Positions 19,429-29,015 of a stretch of 64,000 nt of DNA are shown here, piece by piece; position 1 is the first letter of the stretch; each line of letters begins with the position of its first letter. The notes below the pieces were generated by a model. The model was not told the origin of the DNA and did not search any database. It was given only the letters and a program-made list of their open reading frames with translations. The stretch covers positions 24,528 through 88,527 of the forward strand of contig DCVM01000181.1 of NCBI GenBank assembly GCA_002327985.1, read 5' to 3'. The DNA is from Syntrophaceae bacterium UBA2188 (GTDB taxonomy: Bacteria > Desulfobacterota > BSN033 > UBA1163). The position numbers and the translations under genes are program-made.

Positions 19429-20486
19429 CATTGAAGCTGGACAAAAAAGATTTGAAGGCTTTTTTGGAAACCCTGATGGATGAATACGATCTCTTTGCGC
19501 CCGTGCAATTGGCCGAGGGAGTTTCCATATATAAAAAGATTGACCGCCCCGATGATGTGGACCTCTCAACCTCTAACCCTCAAAAACCTGCGAAGGAGGT
19601 ATTTTTCCCCCAATCTGAGACCATGTTTCGGTATGAAAAAGCCGGGAAACAACAACAGATGACTTCCACAGAAGGGGTAGAAAAAAAGAGGGTGATCCTG
19701 GGCGCCAGACCCTGCGATATCCAGGCGGTCTCCATCTTGGATGACGTCTTTTTAGGGAAAGAGTACAAGGATGTTTATTATGGGAATAAAAGAAATGGGA
19801 CAACCCTCATCGGCTTAGCCTGTAATCATCCCCTCTCCACTTGCTTCTGTCCCTCTGCGGGGGGAGGTCCTTTCCTTCGAAAGGGTTCGGACATTTTCCT
19901 CATCGATTTGGGCGAAACATTTATCGTTGAGCTTCTGACTGAAAAAGGAATGACTTTTCAAAAGAACAAATTCTTTAAAGAAGCGAATACAAAAGAGATC
20001 AGTTTGGCCCAAGAGATTGAGGAAAAAGCATCCAAAAAAGCTGATGCTTCCGTTCCGATTGAGGGAATTGATAGAAGATCGGACCTAATGATGGAGAGCC
20101 CATTCTGGGACCGGATGCATGAGAAATGTATAGGCTGTGGAGTGTGCACCTTTCTTTGCCCCACATGCCATTGTTTTGATATTGTCGATGAGGCCTTGAC
20201 GAACAAGGGGCAACGGGTGAGAAACTGGGATTCCTGCCTATTCCCTTTATATTCCCAGGAGACTTCTGGCCATAATCCACGACCCACAGGCCGTGAACGA
20301 ACTCGACAAAGATTAATGCACAAGTTTAATTATTTCCCGAAAAACTTTGGGCGGGTCGCTTGTGTGGGTTGCGGTCGATGTATCCTTTACTGCCCGGTTA
20401 ATTTTGATATCCGCCAGGCAATCAACTTGACGTCTGCTAAAGGCATAAGAAAAGTGAAGGATCAGGTGGACTTAACGAGGCGATGA
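19425..20486 (+). CDS. flxB: FlxB-like Fe-S protein (HydB/AsrA-like, 2x[4Fe-4S])
   Basis: CIGCGVCTFLCPTCHCFD and CVGCGRCILYCPV; 353 aa; ATGA overlaps with both neighbours. Confidence 0.6.
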   Translation: MTLKLDKKDLKAFLETLMDEYDLFAPVQLAEGVSIYKKIDRPDDVDLSTSNPQKPAKEVFFPQSETMFRYEKAGKQQQMTSTEGVEKKRVILGARPCDIQAVSILDDVFLGKEYKDVYYGNKRNGTTLIGLACNHPLSTCFCPSAGGGPFLRKGSDIFLIDLGETFIVELLTEKGMTFQKNKFFKEANTKEISLAQEIEEKASKKADASVPIEGIDRRSDLMMESPFWDRMHEKCIGCGVCTFLCPTCHCFDIVDEALTNKGQRVRNWDSCLFPLYSQETSGHNPRPTGRERTRQRLMHKFNYFPKNFGRVACVGCGRCILYCPVNFDIRQAINLTSAKGIRKVKDQVDLTRR

Positions 20487-21322
20487 AGAATCCATATTTC
20501 CCCATCCCCATGAAGGTTAAACAGGCCTATGTCGAAACCGTCGACCGAATGCTTCGGACGATTGAGTTGAGTTTCCTGAATGAAGAAGACGAAAGGGCTT
20601 TCCATTTCACCCCCGGTCAATTCTGCGAACTCTCTATCCTGGGGAAAGGCGAGGCATCTTTTGGGATTGCCTCCTCTCCGACAGAAAACAACTCTTTGAA
20701 ATTTACAATTAATAAGGCAGGGGTGGTAACCACCGCCCTTCATCACATCGAGGAAGGGACAGAGGTCGGTGTGCGAGGCCCCCTGGGGAACGGATATCCC
20801 ATCCCCCTTTTTGAAGGAAAAAATGTATTAGTGATTGGAGGAGGGTTTGCGTTCACCACTTTGCGATCCTTGATCACCTATTTCCTACACCCACAAAATC
20901 GATCCAAAGTGAATGAGATCACTGTCATTTATGGAGCACGGATGCCGGGCCTCCTCCTCTACAAGGCAGAATTGTTAGAGTGGGAGAAGAGAAGCGACAT
21001 CAAATTGGTGGTGACGGTTGATTGGGGAGATAAAGACTGGAAGGGGAAGGTTGGACTGGTCCCAAATGTATTGGAAGAGGTGGCACCCTCTTCAGAAAAT
21101 AGTTATGCCGTCATCTGTGGCCCTCCGATTATGATTAAATTCACCTTCCCAAAATTGATGGCCCTTCGATTCCCCAATGAACGCATTTATACCTCTCTGG
21201 AGAAAAGGATGAAATGTGGTATTGGGAAATGTGGCCGATGTAACATTGGTCACCTCTACGTATGTAAGGATGGCCCTGTCTTCAGTTACGCCGAGTTGGA
21301 AAAATTACCAAAGGACTATTGA
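20483..21322 (+). CDS. flxA: FlxA-like NAD(P)H:FAD oxidoreductase (PyrK/AsrB/HydG-like) with C-terminal [2Fe-2S]
   Basis: FNR-like FAD/NAD fold (FHFTPGQF, GPLGNGYP, VLVIGGGFAFTTLRSL); C-terminal CGIGKCGRCNIG. Confidence 0.65.
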   Translation: MKNPYFPIPMKVKQAYVETVDRMLRTIELSFLNEEDERAFHFTPGQFCELSILGKGEASFGIASSPTENNSLKFTINKAGVVTTALHHIEEGTEVGVRGPLGNGYPIPLFEGKNVLVIGGGFAFTTLRSLITYFLHPQNRSKVNEITVIYGARMPGLLLYKAELLEWEKRSDIKLVVTVDWGDKDWKGKVGLVPNVLEEVAPSSENSYAVICGPPIMIKFTFPKLMALRFPNERIYTSLEKRMKCGIGKCGRCNIGHLYVCKDGPVFSYAELEKLPKDY

Positions 21323-21325
21323 CCA

Positions 21326-21393
21326 TGGAATATTGGAAGAGTGGAAAAATGGAATAGTGGGTAACCCATTATTCCAACATTCCATTATTCCAG
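21326..21393. repeat. GGAAT-rich inverted-repeat element (family copy A)
   Basis: tggaatattggaagagtggaaaaatggaatagtgg ... ccattattccaacattccattattcca; the right arm is nearly identical to the reverse complement of the copy at 50781-50805. Confidence 0.45.
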
Positions 21394-21445
21394 GGGTGCA
21401 AAAAAGGGTGTAGAAACTCTAATACATTTAATATGGAGAGAGACA

Positions 21446-24025
21446 ATGGATTATACTAAAGATCTGATCCAAATTGTAGGTGAAAAAAATGTTAAGACCG
21501 ATGAAATCGAACGACTCTGTTACTCCAGGGATCTCTCGGTCCACGAGGCCGTTCCGGATGTCATTGTCTTCGCCAATACCACAGAAGAAGTTTCAAAAAT
21601 TATGTCTTTGGCCCATCATGGAAAAATTCCTGTGACCCCAAGAGGATCGGGGACAAGTGCTGTAGGGGGTGCTTTAGCCGCCAAAGGAGGCATTCTGCTT
21701 GATTTAAGCAGGATGAACCGTATTCTCGAGATAGACAAAGAGAATGGATATGCGGTGGTTGAACCTGGCGTCATATGCAACCAGCTTAATGCAGCCATTG
21801 CCCCAACCCATTTTTTTCCTCCCGATCCTGGAAGTGCGAATCTCGCCTCACTGGGAGGAATGGTCTCAACCAATGCCAGCGGAAATCGGGCTCTGAAGTA
21901 TGGGACAACGAAGAATTATGTCTTGGGGCTGGAAGTGGTACTGGCCGATGCTCGAATCATTAACACAGGGTCGGTCTTGGGCAAGACTTCCTCCGGATAC
22001 GACCTGACCCAGCTCTTCACCCAGGCCGAGGGGACGCTGGGGATTATCACAAAGGTCATTCTAAGAATTCTCCCCGTTCCCGAATATGTTGCTTTTGCAG
22101 AGGCCCGATTTCCCTCTACCCTGGATGCCGGAAAGGCCGTTCGGGAGATCTTGACCTCGGGGATCGCCCTCTCTTCCTGTGAGATTTTGGATAAAGTGAC
22201 GATCGATGTGGTAAATAAAGCGATGGGACTCAACATCCCCGATCAAGTGGGATGTCTCCTCTTCATTGAAATCGATGGGAATAAAAAAGCTGTTCAGGAA
22301 AACATAGAAAAAATTAATAAAATTTGTAAAACCAATAATGGGATTGAAAATAGATGGGAGGATGACCCTGCGAAACGTCTTAAGATGTGGGCCGCCCGTC
22401 AAGGGATTGTTGCCTCTTTGTCGAAAGTCAAGAGAGGATCAAGGATGCAATCCATTATGGATGACCCGGGAATACCTATCACCAAAATTCCGGAAGCCAT
22501 TATGGAAATCAAGAAAATCTCGGAGAAACATCATCTCCCCATCAATACTTTTGGCCATATCGGTGATGGGAATATTCATCCCATCATCATCTCGGACCCC
22601 AGAAACAAGGAGCAATGGAATACCATCAAAGAAGTAGCCAAAGACTTAATTGACCTCACGATCCGGCTCCGGGGAACGCTCACCGCAGAGCATGGAACGG
22701 GAATGGCCAAATCGCCTTATATTAAGAAGGAGCTCGGGGAAACCCTCAAAGTCATGAAGGAGATCAAAAAAGCCCTTGACCCCAACAATATACTCAATCC
22801 GGGAAAGATGGGATTCGATGACTCCATTCAAGACATTTATGAGAATTTTGCCTTTTTACCCCTTGTTCAAAGGACTAACGAGATTCAATCCTTCGGGGAG
22901 GCACTGGATAATGAGATCATGGCCTGTATCATGTGCGGATTCTGTCGAGCCGGGTGTCCCACTTATGGGGAAACTTTCCTCGAATCCATCAATGCGCGCG
23001 GAAGAGTAATATTGGCCTATCACCTCCTCACCGGGAGACTGAAACCCTCGAAAGAACTGGCGGAAAGATTTTATAAGTGCACCACATGCTTGAACTGCAA
23101 TGCCGTCTGCCCCGCAGGTGTCCAGGTTTCCGATATTGTCCAGGCTGCCCGCCTACGGCTGGTGGAGGCAGGATACCTTCCCCCCATCCACGGAACGCTC
23201 ATGCGATCCATTGAAGAAAAAGGAAATCCCTTCGGGGAAGCCACAGAAAAAAGGCAGGATATCTATCCCACAGAGTATAAGCCTAAAGAAAAAGCAACCA
23301 CCCTTCTTTTTTTCGGGTGTGTGGCTTCCTATCAAGATATCAATGTCATTCCAAGCACCTTGAAGATCATGGATAAGGCGAAGATTGACTATACGACGTT
23401 GGGGACGGAGGAGCAATGCTGTGGATATATCTCTTATCTGGTCGGGGATGAAAAAGAATTTGAGAGATGTATCAAGAATAATAAAAATCATTTTGAACGG
23501 ATGGGTTTCAAAGAAATGGTTACCACCTGCGCGGGGTGCTATCGAACCTTTAAAGATCTTTACCCAAAACATCATGGGTTTCTCAGCATTCAAGTTTATC
23601 ATACGGTAGAATATTTGGAAAAACTCATCACGGACGGCAAGCTCATTTTCAAGAATGGGGCTAAAATAAAAGTGGCTTATCACGATCCCTGTGATATCGG
23701 GCGGCATATGAATATCTATGATCCACCCCGAAATGTCATCAGGGCGATTCCGTCGTTAGAATTGATTGAATTTCCTCACAACAGGAACCTTGCCAAATGC
23801 TGTGGCGGGGGGGGGGGATTGAAGGCCTTCGATACTGACATGAGTTTAGAAATATCTTACAAGCGCGTTCAGCAGGTCTCCGGTATAGGAGTTGACCTAA
23901 TTGTTTCCGCCTGCCCCTCCTGTAAATCTAACTTACAGGTGGCTGCAGCCAGACTTCGAAAAGAGAAAAAAGGCCGCATCAAGGTGATGGACATTACGGA
24001 ATTAGTGGCGGAGGCCCTCGCCTAA
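21446..24025 (+). CDS. fused FAD-linked 2-hydroxyacid (D-lactate/glycolate) dehydrogenase with Fe-S/CCG oxidoreductase domain (GlcD+GlcF/GlpC/HdrD-like)
   Basis: 859 aa. N-terminal FAD_binding_4 and FAD-oxidase C domain (GlcD-like: RGSGTSAVGGALA, HIGDGNIHP). C-terminal CIMCGFCRAGCPTY, CTTCLNCNAVCPAG, then two CCG domains (CCGYISY; CCGGGGG ... ACPSC). Confidence 0.75.
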   Translation: MDYTKDLIQIVGEKNVKTDEIERLCYSRDLSVHEAVPDVIVFANTTEEVSKIMSLAHHGKIPVTPRGSGTSAVGGALAAKGGILLDLSRMNRILEIDKENGYAVVEPGVICNQLNAAIAPTHFFPPDPGSANLASLGGMVSTNASGNRALKYGTTKNYVLGLEVVLADARIINTGSVLGKTSSGYDLTQLFTQAEGTLGIITKVILRILPVPEYVAFAEARFPSTLDAGKAVREILTSGIALSSCEILDKVTIDVVNKAMGLNIPDQVGCLLFIEIDGNKKAVQENIEKINKICKTNNGIENRWEDDPAKRLKMWAARQGIVASLSKVKRGSRMQSIMDDPGIPITKIPEAIMEIKKISEKHHLPINTFGHIGDGNIHPIIISDPRNKEQWNTIKEVAKDLIDLTIRLRGTLTAEHGTGMAKSPYIKKELGETLKVMKEIKKALDPNNILNPGKMGFDDSIQDIYENFAFLPLVQRTNEIQSFGEALDNEIMACIMCGFCRAGCPTYGETFLESINARGRVILAYHLLTGRLKPSKELAERFYKCTTCLNCNAVCPAGVQVSDIVQAARLRLVEAGYLPPIHGTLMRSIEEKGNPFGEATEKRQDIYPTEYKPKEKATTLLFFGCVASYQDINVIPSTLKIMDKAKIDYTTLGTEEQCCGYISYLVGDEKEFERCIKNNKNHFERMGFKEMVTTCAGCYRTFKDLYPKHHGFLSIQVYHTVEYLEKLITDGKLIFKNGAKIKVAYHDPCDIGRHMNIYDPPRNVIRAIPSLELIEFPHNRNLAKCCGGGGGLKAFDTDMSLEISYKRVQQVSGIGVDLIVSACPSCKSNLQVAAARLRKEKKGRIKVMDITELVAEALA

Positions 24026-24116
24026 AGAAAGCATAAAGTATAGCACATAGGGTAATATCTTTAAAAAAGGCTTTTCCCCCTTCACTCTTTACTGCTTACT
24101 ACCTACTGCTTACTCT

Positions 24117-24647
24117 TTATTTAGTGAGGTAATCTTTCCATATTTCCTCGAACCGATCAAACATCTCTTTTATCTCATATAAAAAAGCCATATCCATGAG
24201 ATAATCTTCGAGCGAAGTGGCGACAGAACTCTCAATAAATCCTTTGCATTGAATTTTGGAGGGAGCCGGAGTGATTTCGCAACCAATCATCCAAGCTCGC
24301 CCTTTCCGAATAGGTAGATCGATATGGGGGGTTCCTCCCTCGTCAACATATCGCACATGCATACAACGCAAGCATTTGTTCTTCCTTACCTTAATCGCCT
24401 GGTCGATCTCTTCATCCACAGACTGACGGATAACCCTTTTGATCAGGGCATTTCTCTCTTTCGGTGCCATCCATCGGACTAATGAAATGATTTCCCTTTT
24501 GGCCTCTTGAATGGATCGAATGATCTCATCCATCACCATAGAAGGCGAATGGGTCTGTTCTAATTGAAGGACCCTGACCTCTTGGAGGATCAGGATTTTG
24601 ATGGTCAATCTGATGGCTTCCTTTAATTTTTTATCTTCTTCTTGCAT
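24117..24647 (-). CDS. hypothetical protein with a 4-Cys cluster
   Basis: 176 aa ORF; CLRC ... C ... C arrangement; no family recognised. Confidence 0.35.
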   Translation of the reverse strand: MQEEDKKLKEAIRLTIKILILQEVRVLQLEQTHSPSMVMDEIIRSIQEAKREIISLVRWMAPKERNALIKRVIRQSVDEEIDQAIKVRKNKCLRCMHVRYVDEGGTPHIDLPIRKGRAWMIGCEITPAPSKIQCKGFIESSVATSLEDYLMDMAFLYEIKEMFDRFEEIWKDYLTK

Positions 24648-24759
24648 AGACCTCTTTTATCAAAAAGATAGATTTTTAGCAAGTGGAATATCGGCGTTTC
24701 GGATAACCCCTTTGCGGGTTTTGATTGAAAATAAAGTGGAAAGATAATAAAATGTTTTA

Positions 24760-25647
24760 ATGGTGCAGTTCCCAACAACGGTCTTGGAGGGGAAAAAACT
24801 GCCGAGGCTGATTTTTTCTGCTCAGCCTCCCGTCTTTCGAGGTCATCGGGAAATCTATCCCCTCATGAAAAAAGTTTATGAAATGGGGACCTGGTGTCTT
24901 GATCTTCCCTCGCCAAAACATCTCGAATCTTTTAGGGAGTTAAAAAATTTAACTCTTGACGAAACCCTGACAGGCCTCTGCCATTTAGAGGTGGAAACAG
25001 GAGCCTCTTTCTTAGGGAAACCCCTTCATCAATTTGAAACGAAAGTCGTCTCAACCATTAAAAAAAACCTGAGCCTTCCCCAATCGATTCGAAATCTGCC
25101 ACCCATTCCGATTGGGTCTGAAGTGTTCACTCAGAAAGAGATCGACCGGATTGGTTTTGATCCCCAACGTTTTGAAAAAGCCCTCTCTTTTTTTCATCCC
25201 GGGGAATCCCCTTTCGTCTTGGTTGGAGGAAGATATGGAGATTGGTTATTGGCTTTAGGGAGAATTGATCTTCTCAAACAGATGATGGCCAAGGTGAGAG
25301 AGAAAGGATTCACCCCTGTCTATTCGGGTCAGTGGGCAACCTTCTGTCTTCCAAAGGCTAAATCCCTGGATGTGGTGGCCTATGCTATCCCCATCAACAG
25401 GAAGTGGAGCTTTTTCAATCTGGATCAGGCCTGCGTTCTGATTAAGAAATTTGATAGACCCGTGATCAGTCTGAATCCATTGGCGGATGGAACACTGTTA
25501 AAGAATTCAGAGGAGGCTTTTTCGTTTCTCTTTAAAGATTTGAAGATCACTCTGGCGATTGCAGAGATTCATTCGGAGCAGGAGGTTGAGATCCTATTGA
25601 GCGCGGTGGCGAAAATACCTTCTCTCATCCCCCCCCGAAAAACATGA
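24760..25647 (+). CDS. hypothetical protein
   Basis: 295 aa ORF (GTG start), coding-like composition, no recognisable motif. Confidence 0.35.
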   Translation: MVQFPTTVLEGKKLPRLIFSAQPPVFRGHREIYPLMKKVYEMGTWCLDLPSPKHLESFRELKNLTLDETLTGLCHLEVETGASFLGKPLHQFETKVVSTIKKNLSLPQSIRNLPPIPIGSEVFTQKEIDRIGFDPQRFEKALSFFHPGESPFVLVGGRYGDWLLALGRIDLLKQMMAKVREKGFTPVYSGQWATFCLPKAKSLDVVAYAIPINRKWSFFNLDQACVLIKKFDRPVISLNPLADGTLLKNSEEAFSFLFKDLKITLAIAEIHSEQEVEILLSAVAKIPSLIPPRKT

Positions 25648-26197
25648 TGCAGGCTGCGATAAGGGGGATTGAAACATTATCATCCACCCGAATGGGAAGC
25701 AGTTCGATGAGGGTGGCCCCTAAAGCCGCCAGACTTCCCCAGAATCGATTCAGATCAGGATAAAGCCAGACGATAAGGAGAGAAGAAAAAAAGAAAGCTA
25801 AACTTCCTTCCAGGGTCTTTCCGAAGATACGGATTTTTCCGATCCCCTTACCCACAAGAGCGGCTGCAGTATCCGAGAGAATCAGGATGAGGAGACTGAC
25901 CATCGCAATGGATTTCGGGAAGAAAAGAATAACCACGATGCTGGAGAAAAGAAAATAGGTCGCACCCATGAACGTATTTCTTTCCTCTTCTCTGAGAACA
26001 GTTCCAAGAAAATATTTCTGAAAAAGAGAGGCCATTCCAGAATGGTAGTGGCGGAGTAGATCAACCATGAGGAATCCCAGGAAAAGGGGGAGGAGGATGG
26101 CAATCACCGTCTCCTTGGTAAGCATTGCATATCCGATGGGAATGGAGAGGGTCGCCAGATGAACTATCTTTCTTCTAATCTCAACGCCGGTGATCAT
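25625..26197 (-). CDS. integral membrane protein, CTP-transferase (phosphatidate cytidylyltransferase / dolichol kinase-like) family
   Basis: 190 aa, ~6 TM segments; LSDTAAALVGKGIGK motif resembling the cytidylyltransferase-family C-terminal signature. Confidence 0.35.
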   Translation of the reverse strand: MITGVEIRRKIVHLATLSIPIGYAMLTKETVIAILLPLFLGFLMVDLLRHYHSGMASLFQKYFLGTVLREEERNTFMGATYFLFSSIVVILFFPKSIAMVSLLILILSDTAAALVGKGIGKIRIFGKTLEGSLAFFFSSLLIVWLYPDLNRFWGSLAALGATLIELLPIRVDDNVSIPLIAACIMFFGGG

Positions 26198-26276
26198 AAC
26201 ACAGTTTGGAGGTTAGAGTTCGGAGTAGAGAGCAATAAACATTAATCTAAAAAATCCGAATTCCTCAATCTTAACC

Positions 26277-27014
26277 TCAGTTTTTGCTTTTGGTCGCCTC
26301 TAACTTTCTTAGTTTCTCTATTTCGTCAGGGGTGAGCGACCGAAATTGCCCGAAAGGAAGATCTCCCAATTGAATCGGCCCGTATTCGACTCGCTTCAAC
26401 TTGAGAACGGGGTGGCCTATCGCTGAAAACATTCTCTTCACCAGATGGTTTCTCCCCTCTGTCACCACAATCCGAAGCCAGCTATTTTTCTCCTTTTGCC
26501 GGATAAGGCTGCAGGAAACGGCCTTCGCTTCCCCGTCCTCGAGGTACACTCCCCTCTTAAGTTGTATTAGTTTTTTCTCCTCCGGGACTCCTGCTACCTT
26601 CACAAAATAGGTCTTCCGAACGGAAAATCTGGGATGGGAGAGGTGGTGAGCGAGATCCCCATCATTGGTGAGGAGAAGAAGGCCTTCTGCGTCGAAATCG
26701 AGACGACCCACTGGATAAATTCTCGATTTCACATTTTTAAGAAAATCCAAAACGGTCGGCCTTCCCTGAGGGTCTTTGGCCGTGGAAAGATAACCCCTGG
26801 GTTTATTGAGGAGGAGAATAATTTTAGGTTCAAAATGTTTAAGTCTTTTTCCATCCACCTTGATATGATCCTTGAAGGGATCGGCTTTAACACCCAACCT
26901 CTCCACGACTTGACCATTGACAGACACCCTTCCCTCGGTCACCATCCTTTCAGCTTCTCTCCTCGAGGCGATCCCGGCCTTGGCTAAAATCTTTTGAATT
27001 CGTTCCAGTGCCAA
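26277..27014 (-). CDS. rluB: 23S rRNA pseudouridine synthase (RsuA/RluB family)
   Basis: S4 domain ILAKAGIASRREAERMVTEGRVSVNG followed by the catalytic motif PVGRLDFDAEGLLLLTNDG. Confidence 0.75.
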   Translation of the reverse strand: MALERIQKILAKAGIASRREAERMVTEGRVSVNGQVVERLGVKADPFKDHIKVDGKRLKHFEPKIILLLNKPRGYLSTAKDPQGRPTVLDFLKNVKSRIYPVGRLDFDAEGLLLLTNDGDLAHHLSHPRFSVRKTYFVKVAGVPEEKKLIQLKRGVYLEDGEAKAVSCSLIRQKEKNSWLRIVVTEGRNHLVKRMFSAIGHPVLKLKRVEYGPIQLGDLPFGQFRSLTPDEIEKLRKLEATKSKN

Positions 27015-27023
27015 TGGAATTTC

Positions 27024-27632
27024 TCACGTTTCTTTTTCCCCTTCACTCCATTCCTCTTCCCTGTGAGGAGAAGGGGAGAGTGAGGGGTTTTCTAACATCT
27101 TTTCGGGTGTGGGAGGAAGTTGAATTTCTTTAAGATTAGGAAGATCAGAGAGTGTATTGAGACTGAAGAGTTCAAGAAAGGCCTTCGTGGTTCCATAGAC
27201 CATGGGACGTCCGGGGAGGTCTTTACGGCCCATGATCTTGATCAATCCCTTTTCCAAAAGGGTATGAAGAACAGACCCTGAATCCACTCCTCGAATCTCC
27301 TCGACCGTTGGCCGAATGACGGGCTGACGGTAGGCAACGATGGCCAATGTCTCCAAGGCGGCTTGGCTCAGCTTGATCGCTTTCACTTTTTTCAACCGGC
27401 TGACCCAACCAGCCCAAATGGGCTTTGTTCGGAATTGATACCCGCTGGCTATCTCTGCCAGTTCGATTCCTTTAGAATGATCCTGATATTCTGCCTGGAT
27501 CTGACGAATCCCTTCCAAGATCGCTTCTTGGTTGGATTCGGGCAGAATCTCGACAAGGGCCTCAAGCCGGATCGGAGAATCTGAAATGAAAAAAAGACTT
27601 TCTAATATGGGTTTGATTTCAAAATGATCCAT
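27024..27632 (-). CDS. scpB: segregation and condensation protein B
   Basis: 202 aa; ScpB winged-helix motifs (LESLFFISDSPI, ELAEIASGYQFRTKP, AALETLAIVAYRQP). Confidence 0.75.
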   Translation of the reverse strand: MDHFEIKPILESLFFISDSPIRLEALVEILPESNQEAILEGIRQIQAEYQDHSKGIELAEIASGYQFRTKPIWAGWVSRLKKVKAIKLSQAALETLAIVAYRQPVIRPTVEEIRGVDSGSVLHTLLEKGLIKIMGRKDLPGRPMVYGTTKAFLELFSLNTLSDLPNLKEIQLPPTPEKMLENPSLSPSPHREEEWSEGEKET

Positions 27633-27641
27633 GGGACGATC

Positions 27642-27869
27642 CTATCTCGTTTCAAAAAATTCTAACTTTTCACCAGGGGAAATAGAACAGATGGCATGTT
27701 TATAGACCAGCTGATCCGTCTCGCCTCGGAGGATGATACAGAAATTATCAAAGCTGAGGATAACCCCTTCCATCTTATGGCCAGTAGTCAATTCGACCAC
27801 GACATGGTTTCGATCTCTCCGTATCCGATTGAGAAATTGATCCTGGATGTTTATCTGATTCTTGATCAT
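27642..27869 (-). CDS. hfq: RNA chaperone Hfq
   Basis: Sm1/Sm2 motifs: QDQFLNRIRRDRNHVVVELTTGHKMEGVILSFDNFCIILRGETDQLVYKHAICSISP. The ATG is at 27869, preceded by GGGGGAGGAAAGG, and overlaps the miaA stop as ATGA; ORF-track start 27893 is TTG. Confidence 0.85.
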   Translation of the reverse strand: MIKNQINIQDQFLNRIRRDRNHVVVELTTGHKMEGVILSFDNFCIILRGETDQLVYKHAICSISPGEKLEFFETR

Positions 27870-28822
27870 GCCTTTCCTCCCCCTCTTCCCCAAAACGATT
27901 TAATTTCGTGGAATATTTTTTGCCGATCCTTTGATGCATCCCACCAATGAACGTCTGGATCGGCCCTAAACCAGGTCCATTGTCGCTTGGCATAGTGACG
28001 GGTGTCTCTTTTCATCTGCCTAACGGCTTCCTCCCACCTGACCCTTTTTAAAAGAAATTGAACCATCTGTTTATAACCTAAACTCTGCATCGGCTTCAAT
28101 CCGGGGGCATAACCCATCTCCATCAGCCTTTCTACCTCTTGAAGAAATCCATTCTCTATCATCTGATCCGCTCTCTTTTCAATACGACGATAGAGGCTGT
28201 CCCGATCGACTTCCAGACCGATTTTTAAAGTCAGGTAGGGTCTCTCTCCAAAGCGATGCTGCCCTCGATAAAAAGAGATGGGGAGGCCGGTTGAATCATA
28301 GACCTCCAAGGCTCGTATTATTCGAAAGAGGTCATGAGGATGGAGATGAAAAGCCGTTTGGGAATCGGTTTTTTTTAAACGCTCATAAAGGGCACTCGAT
28401 CCTTTCTCCTTGGCTTCCTGTTTCAAACGCTCCCTGACTTGAGGATCAATTTTAGGACTGGAAAAGAGTCCTTGAGTGAGGGTCTTGATATAAAGCCCCG
28501 TTCCACCCACAATCCAAATAGGTTTCTTGTCCTGGTATAATTGATCAATCGTCCTTCGACCCAGCATTCGATAGAGGGCAGCGTCAAAAGGTTGATCAGG
28601 AGTCACGATGTCAATCAGGTGATGGCGGACTCTTTTTTGATCGTCGGGCGTGGGCTTGGCTGTCCCGATATCCATATACCGATAGACTTGCATGGAATCA
28701 GCATGGATGATTTCACCCCCTATTTCTTCCGCCCCTTCGAGTACCCATTTGGATTTCCCCGTTCCGGTTGGACCGAGGAGAATCACCACCGAAGGCCGGC
28801 CCATTTCAACTCTTTCGGCCAT
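27866..28822 (-). CDS. miaA: tRNA dimethylallyltransferase
   Basis: P-loop GPTGTGKS, ADSMQVYRYMDIGTAKPT; canonical miaA-hfq arrangement. Confidence 0.85.
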   Translation of the reverse strand: MAERVEMGRPSVVILLGPTGTGKSKWVLEGAEEIGGEIIHADSMQVYRYMDIGTAKPTPDDQKRVRHHLIDIVTPDQPFDAALYRMLGRRTIDQLYQDKKPIWIVGGTGLYIKTLTQGLFSSPKIDPQVRERLKQEAKEKGSSALYERLKKTDSQTAFHLHPHDLFRIIRALEVYDSTGLPISFYRGQHRFGERPYLTLKIGLEVDRDSLYRRIEKRADQMIENGFLQEVERLMEMGYAPGLKPMQSLGYKQMVQFLLKRVRWEEAVRQMKRDTRHYAKRQWTWFRADPDVHWWDASKDRQKIFHEIKSFWGRGGGKA

Positions 28823-29015
28823 ATGCCCTGGATTTTAATGAATTCATAATGAGACTTCAAGGGTAAAATAAAGGGAAATTCAATAAATTTCTCAATAAAT
28901 TTTTCTTGAAATTGGACTTCAATTTATATAGGATGAACCCTCGGGATTAAACCTCAGGTGTCCTGGTTGATCAAGACGATCGGTTCATTTGAATTTCAAG
29001 CCATAGGAGGCCAAT

